Assembly: GCA_038245295.1 (NCBI GenBank)
Contig: JBBRSP010000008.1
Coordinates: forward strand, 64,001-128,000
Direction: 5' to 3'
Length of the DNA stretch: 64,000 bases
DNA from: Candidatus Binatia bacterium
Lineage (GTDB): Bacteria > Desulfobacterota > Binatia > HRBIN30
Below are positions 46,912 to 59,005 of the stretch, one piece after another (within the stretch, counting starts at the first letter, position 1; every line of letters begins with the position of its first letter). The position numbers were made by a program, and so were the translations under genes. The notes below the pieces were generated by a model. It saw nothing but the letters and a program-made list of their open reading frames with translations. It was not told the DNA's origin and did no database searches.

Positions 46912-46949
46912 GAATGCTCCTCGCTTGCGTCCGCCCGACCAGTCAGGCC

Positions 46950-47762
46950 TTAGGCCCGAGCCTTGGCGCTATCGATGCCGCAGAAGATACAACGTTTCAC
47001 ATTGTGGTGGTGCAGTTTGGCGCACCCGGTGTGGGCCCGGCGCCATACGAACAGCTCCGCCGCGGCCAGCATGCCGAATGGCGGCGCCACGAAGTAGATC
47101 CACAGAGCGCTCCAGTCGTGTGCCAACAAGGCCGGCGCGAAGGTGCGGGCTGGGTTCATACTCATGCCGGAAAGTGGCGCCTCGAGGCTGATGTAGGTTG
47201 CGACCAGGACACCACAAAACCAGCCCGTGTAGGGCGCCAGCGTCGAATGGTTGGAGACGATGAGGACAACTGTCATCAACCCAAACGAGATCAGCACCTC
47301 AGCGATGAACGCTATCGCTACGCCTTGCCGGCCGGGGAGCGTGACGATGTAGTTGACGTCTGGTTCACGAATGACGTCGCCCAGCAGCGCCGCGGCGAGC
47401 CCCGTCCCAGCGATCGCTCCGAGAAACTGTGCCGCGACGTAGAAACCGGCGTCCCAATCGGCGACCTTGCCGAGACGCCAGAATGTCAGCGTCACCGCCG
47501 GGTTGAAGTGAGCCCCCGATTGCTTGCCCCAGGGAGAATAGACGATCGCCACAGCGGTCAACCCCATGGCGATTCCAGTCAAAACTCGGCGCAGCATCGG
47601 ATCCGGCATGGCCGCATGGGCGAACGACCCAGGACTCTCCATCAGCGCCACAACCAAACATGCTGACAGCATGAACAGACCTAGCTCAGCCGCTTCCATG
47701 AGGTACTCGGGCCAGTGGGAATGTAGCGCCGCGAGAGGCGTTGCGGTTGAGGAGTCGTTCAT
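46950..47762 (-). CDS. MIP/aquaporin family channel with Cys/His C-terminal tail
   Basis: SGAHFNPAVT and SMNPART. Tail CAKLHHHNVKRCIFC. Confidence 0.92.
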   Translation of the reverse strand: MNDSSTATPLAALHSHWPEYLMEAAELGLFMLSACLVVALMESPGSFAHAAMPDPMLRRVLTGIAMGLTAVAIVYSPWGKQSGAHFNPAVTLTFWRLGKVADWDAGFYVAAQFLGAIAGTGLAAALLGDVIREPDVNYIVTLPGRQGVAIAFIAEVLISFGLMTVVLIVSNHSTLAPYTGWFCGVLVATYISLEAPLSGMSMNPARTFAPALLAHDWSALWIYFVAPPFGMLAAAELFVWRRAHTGCAKLHHHNVKRCIFCGIDSAKARA

Positions 47763-47829
47763 TGCTTCAAAACCCCAGGTAGTGTTTCGGGTAGGCATTT
47801 CCACCTGCTCCGGAGAGCCCGCGCTGCCG

Positions 47830-48327
47830 TCACGCGATCGCGCTACTCGGACGCGTTCCCACCACCGTCGTCGGTCCGGGCTGGTCGCGGCGCAGACGAA
47901 TCAGGCCGTCGAGCGACAACGGTCCTGCTCCATGGGTCGCGAGCCATACGAGCAAGGTGATGTAGAGGAACTCGACGAGGCCGAAGAGACTGCCGAGAGA
48001 GTCGATCTGATCCCACAGCGCCGTGCGCAGGGCGACACACATGGTGATGATGAGCGGCACCGCCGCGAAACGCGTCGCAAGACCGAGCAGCAAGAGCCAC
48101 CCGCAAACGAATTCCGTTGTCGACGCCATGAGCGCGTTGACCCCCGGCGCCGGGATGCCGAGCTCGGCAAAATACTTGGTCACGTTGTCGAGGCCGTGCA
48201 GCTTCCCCCAGCCGGACTGGGCAAACACCAGTCCAACCGTCAGTCGTGCCAGGGTCGGCGCCACCCAACGCAGAGCATCGCCGATGGCGTCGCCAAGTTT
48301 GTCAATCTTGATCAGCAGGTTCTTCAT
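47830..48327 (-). CDS. DoxX family membrane protein
   Basis: RBS GGAGG. AR..VG.VF.QSGWGKL, EF..G.LLLLGL.TR, GAGPLSLD. Confidence 0.9.
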   Translation of the reverse strand: MKNLLIKIDKLGDAIGDALRWVAPTLARLTVGLVFAQSGWGKLHGLDNVTKYFAELGIPAPGVNALMASTTEFVCGWLLLLGLATRFAAVPLIITMCVALRTALWDQIDSLGSLFGLVEFLYITLLVWLATHGAGPLSLDGLIRLRRDQPGPTTVVGTRPSSAIA

Positions 48328-48421
48328 TGTATGCCTCCGTCGCTTCGTGCCCCTTCGATGCCGGGCCGGACGTGGCGTTTCTGTTCGCAAGAGTCGGGTC
48401 GGCAATGCGCGACCCGGAAGG

Positions 48422-49742
48422 CTAAGCGCCGGCGCGCTTCTCCTCCGGGCGCGACAGGATCGGGGAGCGCTCGGTGGTGTATTGGACCAGATCTTTGGCG
48501 AATAGCAGGTCCAGCGTCCAGTCGATCGCGACACGGATGCGCTTCTCGATGCGTGGTAGCTTGCCGAGATAGATGGTGCGCCACAGGAACCAGGCGAAGA
48601 AGCCCGAGAAGTTGACACCGAGGATATTCGCCACTCCGGTGCGCCGCCCGATGGCGGCAAGTTGCCCCAGGGTCGAGAAGACGAACGGCTTCTTCGCGCC
48701 GCCGCGCACCGTCGCGGCGATGTTGTGCGCCAACACCTTGCCTTCGCGGATGGCGTGCTGCGCTGTCGGTGGATACGCCATTCCCGTGGCGGGATCAGGA
48801 ATCACCGCGCAGTCGCCGACGGCCCACACGCCGGGATGGCCCTTCACCTCCATGAACTCGTCGACGACGATCCGTCCACGCTCCTTGGGGCAGGCAAGAT
48901 CGGCCAGGAGCGGATTCGGAGAAGTGCCCGCCGTCCACACCAAGGTGTTGGTTTCAATGCGCTCGCCGTCGCTGAGAACGACGCAGCCATCGTCGCAGAT
49001 GCTGGCGACACGTGTGCCCGTCCGGATCTCGACGCCGCGTTGCCGTAACTTCTCCTGCGCGTAGGCGCCGAGCTTCGGACCAAGCTCGGGTAAGATCACC
49101 TCACCGGGGTGGACCAGAACAACGCGGATCATCGCTTCGTCGAGGTGCGGGTAACACTCCACCGCCTCGCGTACGAAGTCGTTGAGACCGGCGATTGTTT
49201 CCACGCCCGCAAAACCACCACCGGCGATGACGAAGTTGAGCAGCGGCCGGCGGACCTCCGGTGAACACTCGAAGTCGGCGTGCTCCAGGTTGTTGATGAG
49301 GTGGTTGCGCAGCGCGATCGCATCGCCGAGCGACTTCATCGTCAGCGCCCGTTCCTCGAGTCCGGGCAACCCGAAGAAGTTGGTCACCGTTCCGAGGCCC
49401 AGTACCAGGTGATCAAACGGCAGGGTGTGATGATGGTGCTCGTCGCCGTGCGACACGTCCACCGAGCGCCCGGCGAGGTCGATCGAATCAACCCTGCCTT
49501 TGAAGAAGTTCACCCGTCGCAGCAGTTTGCGGATCGGGCTGACGATGTGGGTCATGTCGAGGTCGCTCGCCGCCACCTCGTGCAGCATGGGCGTAAAGAG
49601 GAAGAAGTTGTCCTGGTTGACCAGGGTGATTTCGACATCGGCGTCACGCGCCAACGTTCGATCGAGGTGCAGCGCCGTGTACAAGCCACCGAACCCGCCG
49701 CCCAGAATGACGATGCGCGTGCACGCACCCTTGCGACTACAT

Positions 49743-49753
<11 letters not shown>
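48422..49753 (-). CDS. type II NADH dehydrogenase-like FAD oxidoreductase
   Basis: GGGFGG, FTPMLHEVA, GGGFAGVE, WTAG, GDCA, PPTAQHA. Confidence 0.9.
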
Positions 49754-52427
<2,674 letters not shown>

Positions 52428-52788
52428 GTTTCCTCGTTTCTTCATGTTCAACCTCGCGGTGCAAGCGGCGGTCGCACGCGTTCACAACCATCCTCTGCCG
52501 ACTCCGCTTGTCAACGCCGAGAAATTTGTCGTGTCATCCCTGCGCTCTGATGCGGCGGGCCGCGACGACGTTTCGCGGCGCCGACTCCGGAAGCGCAATG
52601 GGGTAGGCGCAAGCTTGAGCTTGCGAAGTGCGGTCAGAGACATGTGCGGCTGCCGATTCTCCCAACGCCGCAGGCTAAAGACCTTCGCCTCGCCGGCGCG
52701 TCGACTGGCGCAACTGAAACCTCCGCCGACTTGCGGCTTCTAAGGCGGCAGGACCCCGAACGGGGAAACACAAAAGGAGGAGAATGAA

Positions 52789-53043
52789 ATGAAGGCCAAA
52801 GGACTATTGATTGCCGGAGCCGCCGCCAGCTTGCTGTTGACGGGTGTCGTGACGGCCCGCGCCGCCGAAGGCGAAGGCGACGTTGTTTGTCTGGGTATCA
52901 ACGCGTGCAAGGGGCAGGGCAGCTGCCACACGGTCAACAACGAGTGCGCCGGTAAGAACGGCTGCAAAGGCCAGGGCGCGATGAAGGCCAGCGCCGCCGA
53001 GTGTAAGGCCAAGGGCGGCAAGGTCCGCGAGGACAAGAAGTAG
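52789..53043 (+). CDS. bufferin-type (BufA2-like) RiPP precursor with signal peptide and 6 Cys
   Basis: RBS AGGAG. Sec signal ending ARA, then CLGINACKGQGSC...CAGKNGCKGQG...CKAKGG. Directly upstream of DUF692. Confidence 0.85.
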   Translation: MKAKGLLIAGAAASLLLTGVVTARAAEGEGDVVCLGINACKGQGSCHTVNNECAGKNGCKGQGAMKASAAECKAKGGKVREDKK

Positions 53044-53052
53044 TTCTTCCGT

Positions 53053-53114
53053 ACGCCCTACCCCTACCCCCGACTAAAGTTCTGGTCGGGGGTAGGGCGT
53101 TTTGGGTAGGGCGT
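53053..53114 (+). terminator. stem-loop between precursor and maturase genes
   Basis: CCCTACCCCCGAC / GTCGGGGGTAGGG stem followed by CGTTTT. Outer ACGCCCTACCC / GGGTAGGGCGT pairing is also possible. Confidence 0.55.
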
Positions 53115-53130
53115 CGAGGCCGACAACCCA

Positions 53131-53976
53131 ATGGTCTTCCTTCCACATCTTGGTCACGGCATCGGCCTGCGGCCGCCGCACTATCGGCATGTGCTGGACG
53201 GCAGCGCCAAGGTCGATTTCTTCGAGGTCATCTCGGAGAACTTCATGATCGACGGTGGCCGGCCCTTGCGGGTGCTCGAAGCGGCGCGGCGGAGTGCGCC
53301 GATCGTCCTCCACGGTGTGTCGCTATCTCTCGGCGGCACCGATCCGTTGAACGAGCATTATCTCGATCAACTGGAGGGGCTGATCGAGAGGGTTGAGCCG
53401 GCGTGGGTGTCGGACCACTTGTGTTGGGGTAGCTTCGCCAACCAATACGCCCACGACCTGTTGCCGCTCCCCTACACCGAGGAAGCCCTCAACCATGTGG
53501 CCGAACGCATCGTGCGGGTACAAGACCGCCTGGCGCGCCGCATCCTGATTGAGAACGTCTCGAGCTATGTCACGTTCAAGCATTCGACCATGAGCGAATG
53601 GGACTTCGTCGCGGCGCTGGCGGACAAGGCTGACTGCGGCATCCTGCTCGACGTCAACAATATCTACGTCAGCTCCGTGAACCACAGCTTTGCGATCGCC
53701 GACTACCTCGACGCCATGCCGCGCGAGCGGGTTGGGCAGATTCATCTCGCCGGCCATCAACACAATGGCACACACATCATCGATACCCACGATCATCCGG
53801 TGAGCCTCGAGGTGTGGGATGCCTACGGGGAGACGGTTCGCCGCTGCGGCGGCATCTCGACGTTGATCGAGCGCGACGCCAACATCCCTGGTTTCGAAGA
53901 ACTGCTCGCCGAGTCGCAGCAGGCACGAGCGATCGAAGCGGAGAGTCTCGATGAACGACGCACCATCGCTGCGTGA
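53131..53976 (+). CDS. DUF692 multinuclear non-heme iron oxidase (MNIO, BufB-like maturase)
   Basis: GIGLR..H, EVISENF, HGVSLS, SDHLCW, DLLPLP, ENVSSY, LLDVNN.YV, IHLAGH, IDTH, ERD. Confidence 0.95.
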   Translation: MVFLPHLGHGIGLRPPHYRHVLDGSAKVDFFEVISENFMIDGGRPLRVLEAARRSAPIVLHGVSLSLGGTDPLNEHYLDQLEGLIERVEPAWVSDHLCWGSFANQYAHDLLPLPYTEEALNHVAERIVRVQDRLARRILIENVSSYVTFKHSTMSEWDFVAALADKADCGILLDVNNIYVSSVNHSFAIADYLDAMPRERVGQIHLAGHQHNGTHIIDTHDHPVSLEVWDAYGETVRRCGGISTLIERDANIPGFEELLAESQQARAIEAESLDERRTIAA

Positions 53977-54748
53977 GTTGCAGGCGCAGTTCTTCACAGC
54001 GATTGCGGCAGAGCCGAATGGCGACGCCACCGAGTCGGCGGTACTTGTACACATCGATGCCAGCCACACCCAGTCGGCGGCCGAACGTCTGCAGGTCTAC
54101 GTGGACGCGTATTATGGGCGGCTTGTCGAATCGATGCGCGAGACGTACCCGAAAGTCAGCGCCTGCATCGACGAAGAGGCGTTCAACAATCTCGTCGCGG
54201 TATACCTACAGGAGCACCCGTCGCGGCATGCGTCGATCAGCTACGCTGGTGCCAGCTTTGCCGGGTTCCTGGACGAATGCGGCAGTCTGCCCCCTTTCAT
54301 TGGTGATCTGGCGCGAGTGGAGTGGGCCCGCGCGATGGCCTTCGAGGCGAGGGACGAGGCGGCCGCCGGTTTGGCCGCGGTACAGTCGATGACGCCATCA
54401 CAACTCTTGCAACTGCGCTTCTCTCCCGTGGCGTCTTGCGTGACACTTCGCAGTGCCTGGCCCATCGACACGATCTGGCGCGAACCCCACGCCGAATGGG
54501 GGGAGCAGGCGACCACGCTGCGCGTTTGGCGCACGCCGGAGGGGCAGGTCTTCCACAGCCGCCTCGACGAGATCGAGGCCGACGCATGGCAGCGAATGTT
54601 GGGCGGCGAAACGTACGCCGAGATCTGCGATGCCTTTGCCGATCTACCCGATAACGAGGCGGCGCAACGGGCTGTCTCGACGTTGGGCAGCTGGCTCGCG
54701 ACCGGGCTGTTGCGCCTTGAGAAAACTGAGCCGGACAGCGCAGGCTGA
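53951..54748 (+). CDS. DUF2063 (BufC/HvfC-like) MNIO partner protein
   Basis: RLQVY.DAY..RL......YP, Y...HPS, DLAR.EWA, S.WPI..IW. Overlaps the DUF692 3' end. Confidence 0.85.
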   Translation: MNDAPSLRELQAQFFTAIAAEPNGDATESAVLVHIDASHTQSAAERLQVYVDAYYGRLVESMRETYPKVSACIDEEAFNNLVAVYLQEHPSRHASISYAGASFAGFLDECGSLPPFIGDLARVEWARAMAFEARDEAAAGLAAVQSMTPSQLLQLRFSPVASCVTLRSAWPIDTIWREPHAEWGEQATTLRVWRTPEGQVFHSRLDEIEADAWQRMLGGETYAEICDAFADLPDNEAAQRAVSTLGSWLATGLLRLEKTEPDSAG

Positions 54749-54813
54749 AGCCTGCGCCTACCCGTCTGGATCTCCAGATAACGCAATACGGTAGGCGCAG
54801 GCTTCAGCCTGCG
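54739..54813. repeat. inverted GTAG-REP pair (REPIN-like)
   Basis: Copies at 54739-54761 (minus) and 54791-54813 (plus). The first supplies the stop codon of the DUF2063 gene. Confidence 0.85.
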
Positions 54814-54912
54814 GTGTTCGGGCATTGTCGCCACACGCCTTGAGCCTGCGCGCTTGTGACTCGACCTTTCCCGAACAAGCATGGTAAGACCACGACCGCT
54901 TCCGAAGAGCGC

Positions 54913-57714
54913 ATGAGAGATTCCGAGCAACCGCAATCCGCCGCCGCCGCCATCGAGGCGCTGCGCGCTAGTGAAGAGCTAAAGACTCGCATCATCGAGA
55001 GCAGCCGCGACTGTATCAAGGTGCTGGATCTGGAAGGTCGTCTGCTTTCCATGAATGCAGGCGGCATGGCCACACTCGAGATCTGCGACCTCGGCCCTTT
55101 CCTGAACACTTTCTGGGTCGACTTCTGGCAGGGCGAGGATCGGCGGCGGGCCCAGGACGCCGTCGATTCGGCGCGCGCCGGCGGTACCGGGCGGTTTGTC
55201 GGATTCTTCGCGACGGTGGAGAAGCATACGTCGCTTTGGTTCGACGTCGTCGTGACACCGCTGCGCGACTCGAGTGGTCGCCCCGAGCGGTTGCTGGCAT
55301 CGTCACGGGATATTACCGCGATCAAGTTGGCCGAGGAGGGCCTGCGGCGCTCCCAGGAAGAGCTCGAACAGAAGGTTGCGGATCGCACGGCGGCGCTGCA
55401 GCGCGAGGTGCAAGATCGTCTGGAAGGCGAGGCGGCCCTGCGCGCCGTGGTTCAAGGCGTCGAATCGGAGACCGGATCCTCCTTCTTCGCCTCGCTAGTG
55501 CGGCACCTGGCGGCGGCCTTGCGTGTGCCGTACGTCTTCGTCTCGGAGCTTTTAATTCAAAAGGGAACCTTCCACTCGCGCGCCGTATGGGGCCGCGGCA
55601 CCTGGCTGAACAACTTCGAAGTACCGTTGCGTGGCACCCCCTGTGAGTCGGTCCTGGCGGGCGAGACATCGCATTTCCCGGACTCGCTGCAGCGTCGCTT
55701 CCCAAAGGATTTAGGGCTCGTTACCTGGGGAGTGGAGAGCTACTGCGGCGTGCCGCTCATCAACCGCAGCGGCACGGTCACCGGCCACATCGCGGTCTTC
55801 GACGATAAGCCGATGTTGGATGCGAGCCGGACCATCGCCATCCTACGCATCTTTGCGGCGCGGGCTCAGGCCGAGGTGGAACGCATCGTTGCCGAGGAAG
55901 CGCTGGGCGTCAGTGAGGCAAGCTACCGCGACCTCTACGATGAAGCGCCGATCGCCTATATGTCGGTCGGCACCGACGGGAGGATCCGACGCGCCAATCG
56001 CTGCGCCGCCGAGATGTTCGGTTATCCGCTCGAGCAGCTAATCGGTTCGATGGCCTTGAACCTCCCGGCAGATACGCCGTTCGGTAAGCCGCGTTCGCGT
56101 ACCGCCTTCGAACGCTTTCTGAAGGGTCTCGACACCATCGACGAGGAGATCGAGTGCCGCCGTTCCAACGGCGAGCCGCTGTGGGTGCGTTTATCGGTGA
56201 GCCCGATGCGCGATGCCGAAGGTCGTATCGAGGCGACACGCTCGATGCTCGTCAATATCACCGACCGCAAGCGCGCCGAGGCGGCGCTGGCAGAGAGCGA
56301 AGAGCGTCTGTCCCAAGTGATCGATTCGGCGATGGATGCCATCGTGACGATCGATGCCGAGCGCCGCATCGTACTATTCAATGATGCTGCCGAGAAGGTT
56401 TTCCGCTGCCCCGCGAACGTTGCGATTGGTGCAACGCTCGATCGCTTTCTGACGAGCGGCTTTCAGCGCGCCCTGCAGAAGTCGTTGAGCGCCTTCGACA
56501 TTGCGGGACCGACAAGACCCTATGTCTGGGCCCCCGATGGAGTGGCGGCGCGGCGCGCCGATGGCGAGGAGTTTCCTGTCGAGGCAACGTTGTCGTTCGT
56601 CGAAGTCGGCGGCCGAAGGCTCTACACGCTCATCTTACGCGATATCGATGAGCGACGGCGCGCCGAAGAGGGTCTCCGACAGCTGTCGCTGCAGAACGAG
56701 TACCTACAAGAGGAGATTCGTGCCGCGCACAGTGCCGACGAGATCGTCGGCAGCCAACGCGGTATGCGCGACGTGTTGGAAAAGGTCGCGCTGGTGGCGC
56801 CGACGGATTCGTCGGTTTTGATTCTGGGCGAGACCGGCACTGGCAAAGAAGTTGTCGCGCGAGCGATACATTCAAGCGGCAAACGCGCCGCGCGGCCGCT
56901 GATCAAGGTGAACTGCGCCGCCTTGCCGAGCGGCCTGATCGAGAGCGAGCTGTTCGGGCACGAGAAAGGCGCGTTCACGGGCGCCACCGATCGCCGCATC
57001 GGGCGCTTCGAGCTTGCCGATCGGGGGACAATCTTCCTGGATGAGGTCGGGGAGTTGCCGCTCGACGTGCAAGTGAAGCTGCTGCGCGTCTTGCAAGAGC
57101 AGGAGTTCGAACGTGTCGGTGGCAGCAAGACGATCGCCGTCGATGTGCGCGTGATTGCCGCCACCAACCGGGATCTTGCCGGGGCGATCGCCGACGGTAG
57201 CTTCCGCACCGATCTCTACTATCGCTTGAACGTGTTTCCCATCAGCCTGCCGCCATTGCGTCAGCGTGGCGAGGACATCCCGCTTCTGGTGCACTATTTC
57301 GCCGAGCGCTTTGCGGCTCGCATGGGGCGCCGCACGCTGCGCATCCACGCCGAAGACATGGCGCGACTGGTGAACTATTCGTGGCCGGGGAACGTGCGCG
57401 AGCTGGAGAACGTGATCGAACGCGCCATCATCTTGTCGACCGGGCCAGAGTTCCGGGTGCCACCGGCGATGCTCGCCGCACCGGTGCCAGCACCGGCGGC
57501 GGCCAAAGCCGCAATGCCTCCTGTCGCACCCAGTCCAGCCACCGCAGTCGCTCCCGGGTCCCTGGTCGATGTCGAACGCGAGCATATTCTTACCGTCCTG
57601 CAGCAAACCAACTGGCGCATCGATGGCCCGCGCGGGGCGGCGACAATCCTCAACCTCAATCCCAGCACGCTCCGCAGCCGCCTGAAGAAGCTAGCCATTC
57701 AGCGCGATCGCTAG
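54913..57714 (+). CDS. sigma54-dependent activator, PAS-GAF-PAS-PAS-AAA+-HTH (FhlA-like)
   Basis: GETGTGKE, ESELFGHEKGAFTGA, FLDEVGE, WPGNVRELEN, C-terminal GAA.ILNLNPSTLRSRLKKL. Confidence 0.93.
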   Translation: MRDSEQPQSAAAAIEALRASEELKTRIIESSRDCIKVLDLEGRLLSMNAGGMATLEICDLGPFLNTFWVDFWQGEDRRRAQDAVDSARAGGTGRFVGFFATVEKHTSLWFDVVVTPLRDSSGRPERLLASSRDITAIKLAEEGLRRSQEELEQKVADRTAALQREVQDRLEGEAALRAVVQGVESETGSSFFASLVRHLAAALRVPYVFVSELLIQKGTFHSRAVWGRGTWLNNFEVPLRGTPCESVLAGETSHFPDSLQRRFPKDLGLVTWGVESYCGVPLINRSGTVTGHIAVFDDKPMLDASRTIAILRIFAARAQAEVERIVAEEALGVSEASYRDLYDEAPIAYMSVGTDGRIRRANRCAAEMFGYPLEQLIGSMALNLPADTPFGKPRSRTAFERFLKGLDTIDEEIECRRSNGEPLWVRLSVSPMRDAEGRIEATRSMLVNITDRKRAEAALAESEERLSQVIDSAMDAIVTIDAERRIVLFNDAAEKVFRCPANVAIGATLDRFLTSGFQRALQKSLSAFDIAGPTRPYVWAPDGVAARRADGEEFPVEATLSFVEVGGRRLYTLILRDIDERRRAEEGLRQLSLQNEYLQEEIRAAHSADEIVGSQRGMRDVLEKVALVAPTDSSVLILGETGTGKEVVARAIHSSGKRAARPLIKVNCAALPSGLIESELFGHEKGAFTGATDRRIGRFELADRGTIFLDEVGELPLDVQVKLLRVLQEQEFERVGGSKTIAVDVRVIAATNRDLAGAIADGSFRTDLYYRLNVFPISLPPLRQRGEDIPLLVHYFAERFAARMGRRTLRIHAEDMARLVNYSWPGNVRELENVIERAIILSTGPEFRVPPAMLAAPVPAPAAAKAAMPPVAPSPATAVAPGSLVDVEREHILTVLQQTNWRIDGPRGAATILNLNPSTLRSRLKKLAIQRDR

Positions 57715-57832
57715 TGCTGCCCGTCGTTGCCCGGCGACGCTGATCCGCCTTCGCGAACTGGGCGCTTCACGAACCGCCCCCCACGAGCCCTTCACGTACC
57801 TCGCGGAAATCCGCGACATACCCACGGAGGAT

Positions 57833-57848
57833 CCGCGATATTTCGCGG
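57833..57848. promoter_or_regulatory. candidate upstream activator site (palindrome CCGCGA-TATT-TCGCGG)
   Basis: Perfect 6-bp arms about 60 bp upstream of a sigma54-like promoter. Further half-sites at 57801, 57811 and 57865. Confidence 0.5.
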
Positions 57849-57908
57849 CTCGCCTCGCTGGTTTCCGCGATGCGTCCCAAAGTCCCTCACCGATGCAGAG
57901 GTCCCGAG

Positions 57909-57925
57909 TTGGCACGGCAGTTGGA
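57909..57925 (+). promoter_or_regulatory. sigma54-like promoter upstream of STAS/ECF genes
   Basis: TTGGCAC-GGCAG-TTGGA: perfect -24 element, -12 has GG instead of GC. Confidence 0.6.
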
Positions 57926-57951
57926 ATAGTCAGCTGTCAACAAGGAACGTC

Positions 57952-58227
57952 ATGCTGCGAATCACAGTTACAGAGGTCGACGAGCGGTCCAAGCAGATCA
58001 AGCTCGAGGGCCGGATCATGGATGTGTCGGTGCAGGAACTGGAACGACTCTACTCCGGGCTGCGCGAGCAGACCCATGGACAAGATCTGATTCTGGATCT
58101 CGCCGGCGTGTCGTTTGTGGATGACGCGGGCATCACCTTGCTGCGCCGGTTGCGGTTGCAACGAGTGATGCTCCAACACTGCTCGCCCTTTGTGGTCGAG
58201 CTGCTCAAGGAGGCCCCCCAATGTTGA
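57952..58227 (+). CDS. small STAS-domain protein
   Basis: MLRIT...KLEGRI...LDLAGVSFVDDAGI.LL...CSPFV.ELL. Confidence 0.82.
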   Translation: MLRITVTEVDERSKQIKLEGRIMDVSVQELERLYSGLREQTHGQDLILDLAGVSFVDDAGITLLRRLRLQRVMLQHCSPFVVELLKEAPQC

Positions 58228-58892
58228 CGATTGCTGCCAGGACGGGAATCGAGGCTCTGCCGCTCCCGATGATGGCGATGCCATGGCGTGAGCCCTTGCT
58301 CGACGGCAGTTCGTCCGAGCGCGATCTGGTCGGACGCCTGCGGCGCGGCGATGGCGACGCCTACGAAGCGCTGGTGCGTGAGCACGGCACGGCGATGCTG
58401 GCTGTCGCGCGGCGCATGTTGCGCCACGAGGACAACGCGCGCGACGTCGTCCAAGACGCGTTCTTGCAAGCTTTCCGTGCAATCGATCAGTTCCGCGAGG
58501 ATGCCCGCCTGTCAACCTGGCTGCACCGGATCGTCGTCAATGCGGCTCTGATGCGCCTGCGCTCGGCCAGCCGCCGACCCGAGACGCCGCTCGCCGATCT
58601 GCTGCCGCGGTTCGACGAAGAAGGCGGCCATGCGGAGCCGGTCGGCTCGCTGCCGACTGGCATCGATGCGGCCCTGGAGAATGCCGAAACGCGCCATCGG
58701 GTGCGCCGCTGTGTGGCGCAATTGCCGGAGCAATACCGCGCCGTAATCATCCTGCGTGACTTCGAGGAGCTGAGCACCGCCGAAGCGGCCACCGCCCTCG
58801 GTATCACCGAGAATGCCGTCAAGATCCGTTTGCATCGGGCCCATCAGGCGTTACGCACTCTTCTGGTTAGCCAGCTGGCCGACGCGCAGTAG
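58221..58892 (+). CDS. ECF sigma-70 factor
   Basis: DVVQDAFLQAF, STWLHRIVVN, LPEQYRAVIILRD, VKIRLHRA. Start may be slightly downstream. Confidence 0.93.
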   Translation: MLTIAARTGIEALPLPMMAMPWREPLLDGSSSERDLVGRLRRGDGDAYEALVREHGTAMLAVARRMLRHEDNARDVVQDAFLQAFRAIDQFREDARLSTWLHRIVVNAALMRLRSASRRPETPLADLLPRFDEEGGHAEPVGSLPTGIDAALENAETRHRVRRCVAQLPEQYRAVIILRDFEELSTAEAATALGITENAVKIRLHRAHQALRTLLVSQLADAQ

Positions 58893-59005
58893 CGGCGGCG
58901 GAAGTCGATTCATGGGCCTCACGGCGCACCATAGCCTCCTGCTCCCGGTGTTTGCCCGCAGCGGGTGTGTTGAAACCCAATCTGGACGAGCGCATCCAAT
59001 TGGGC

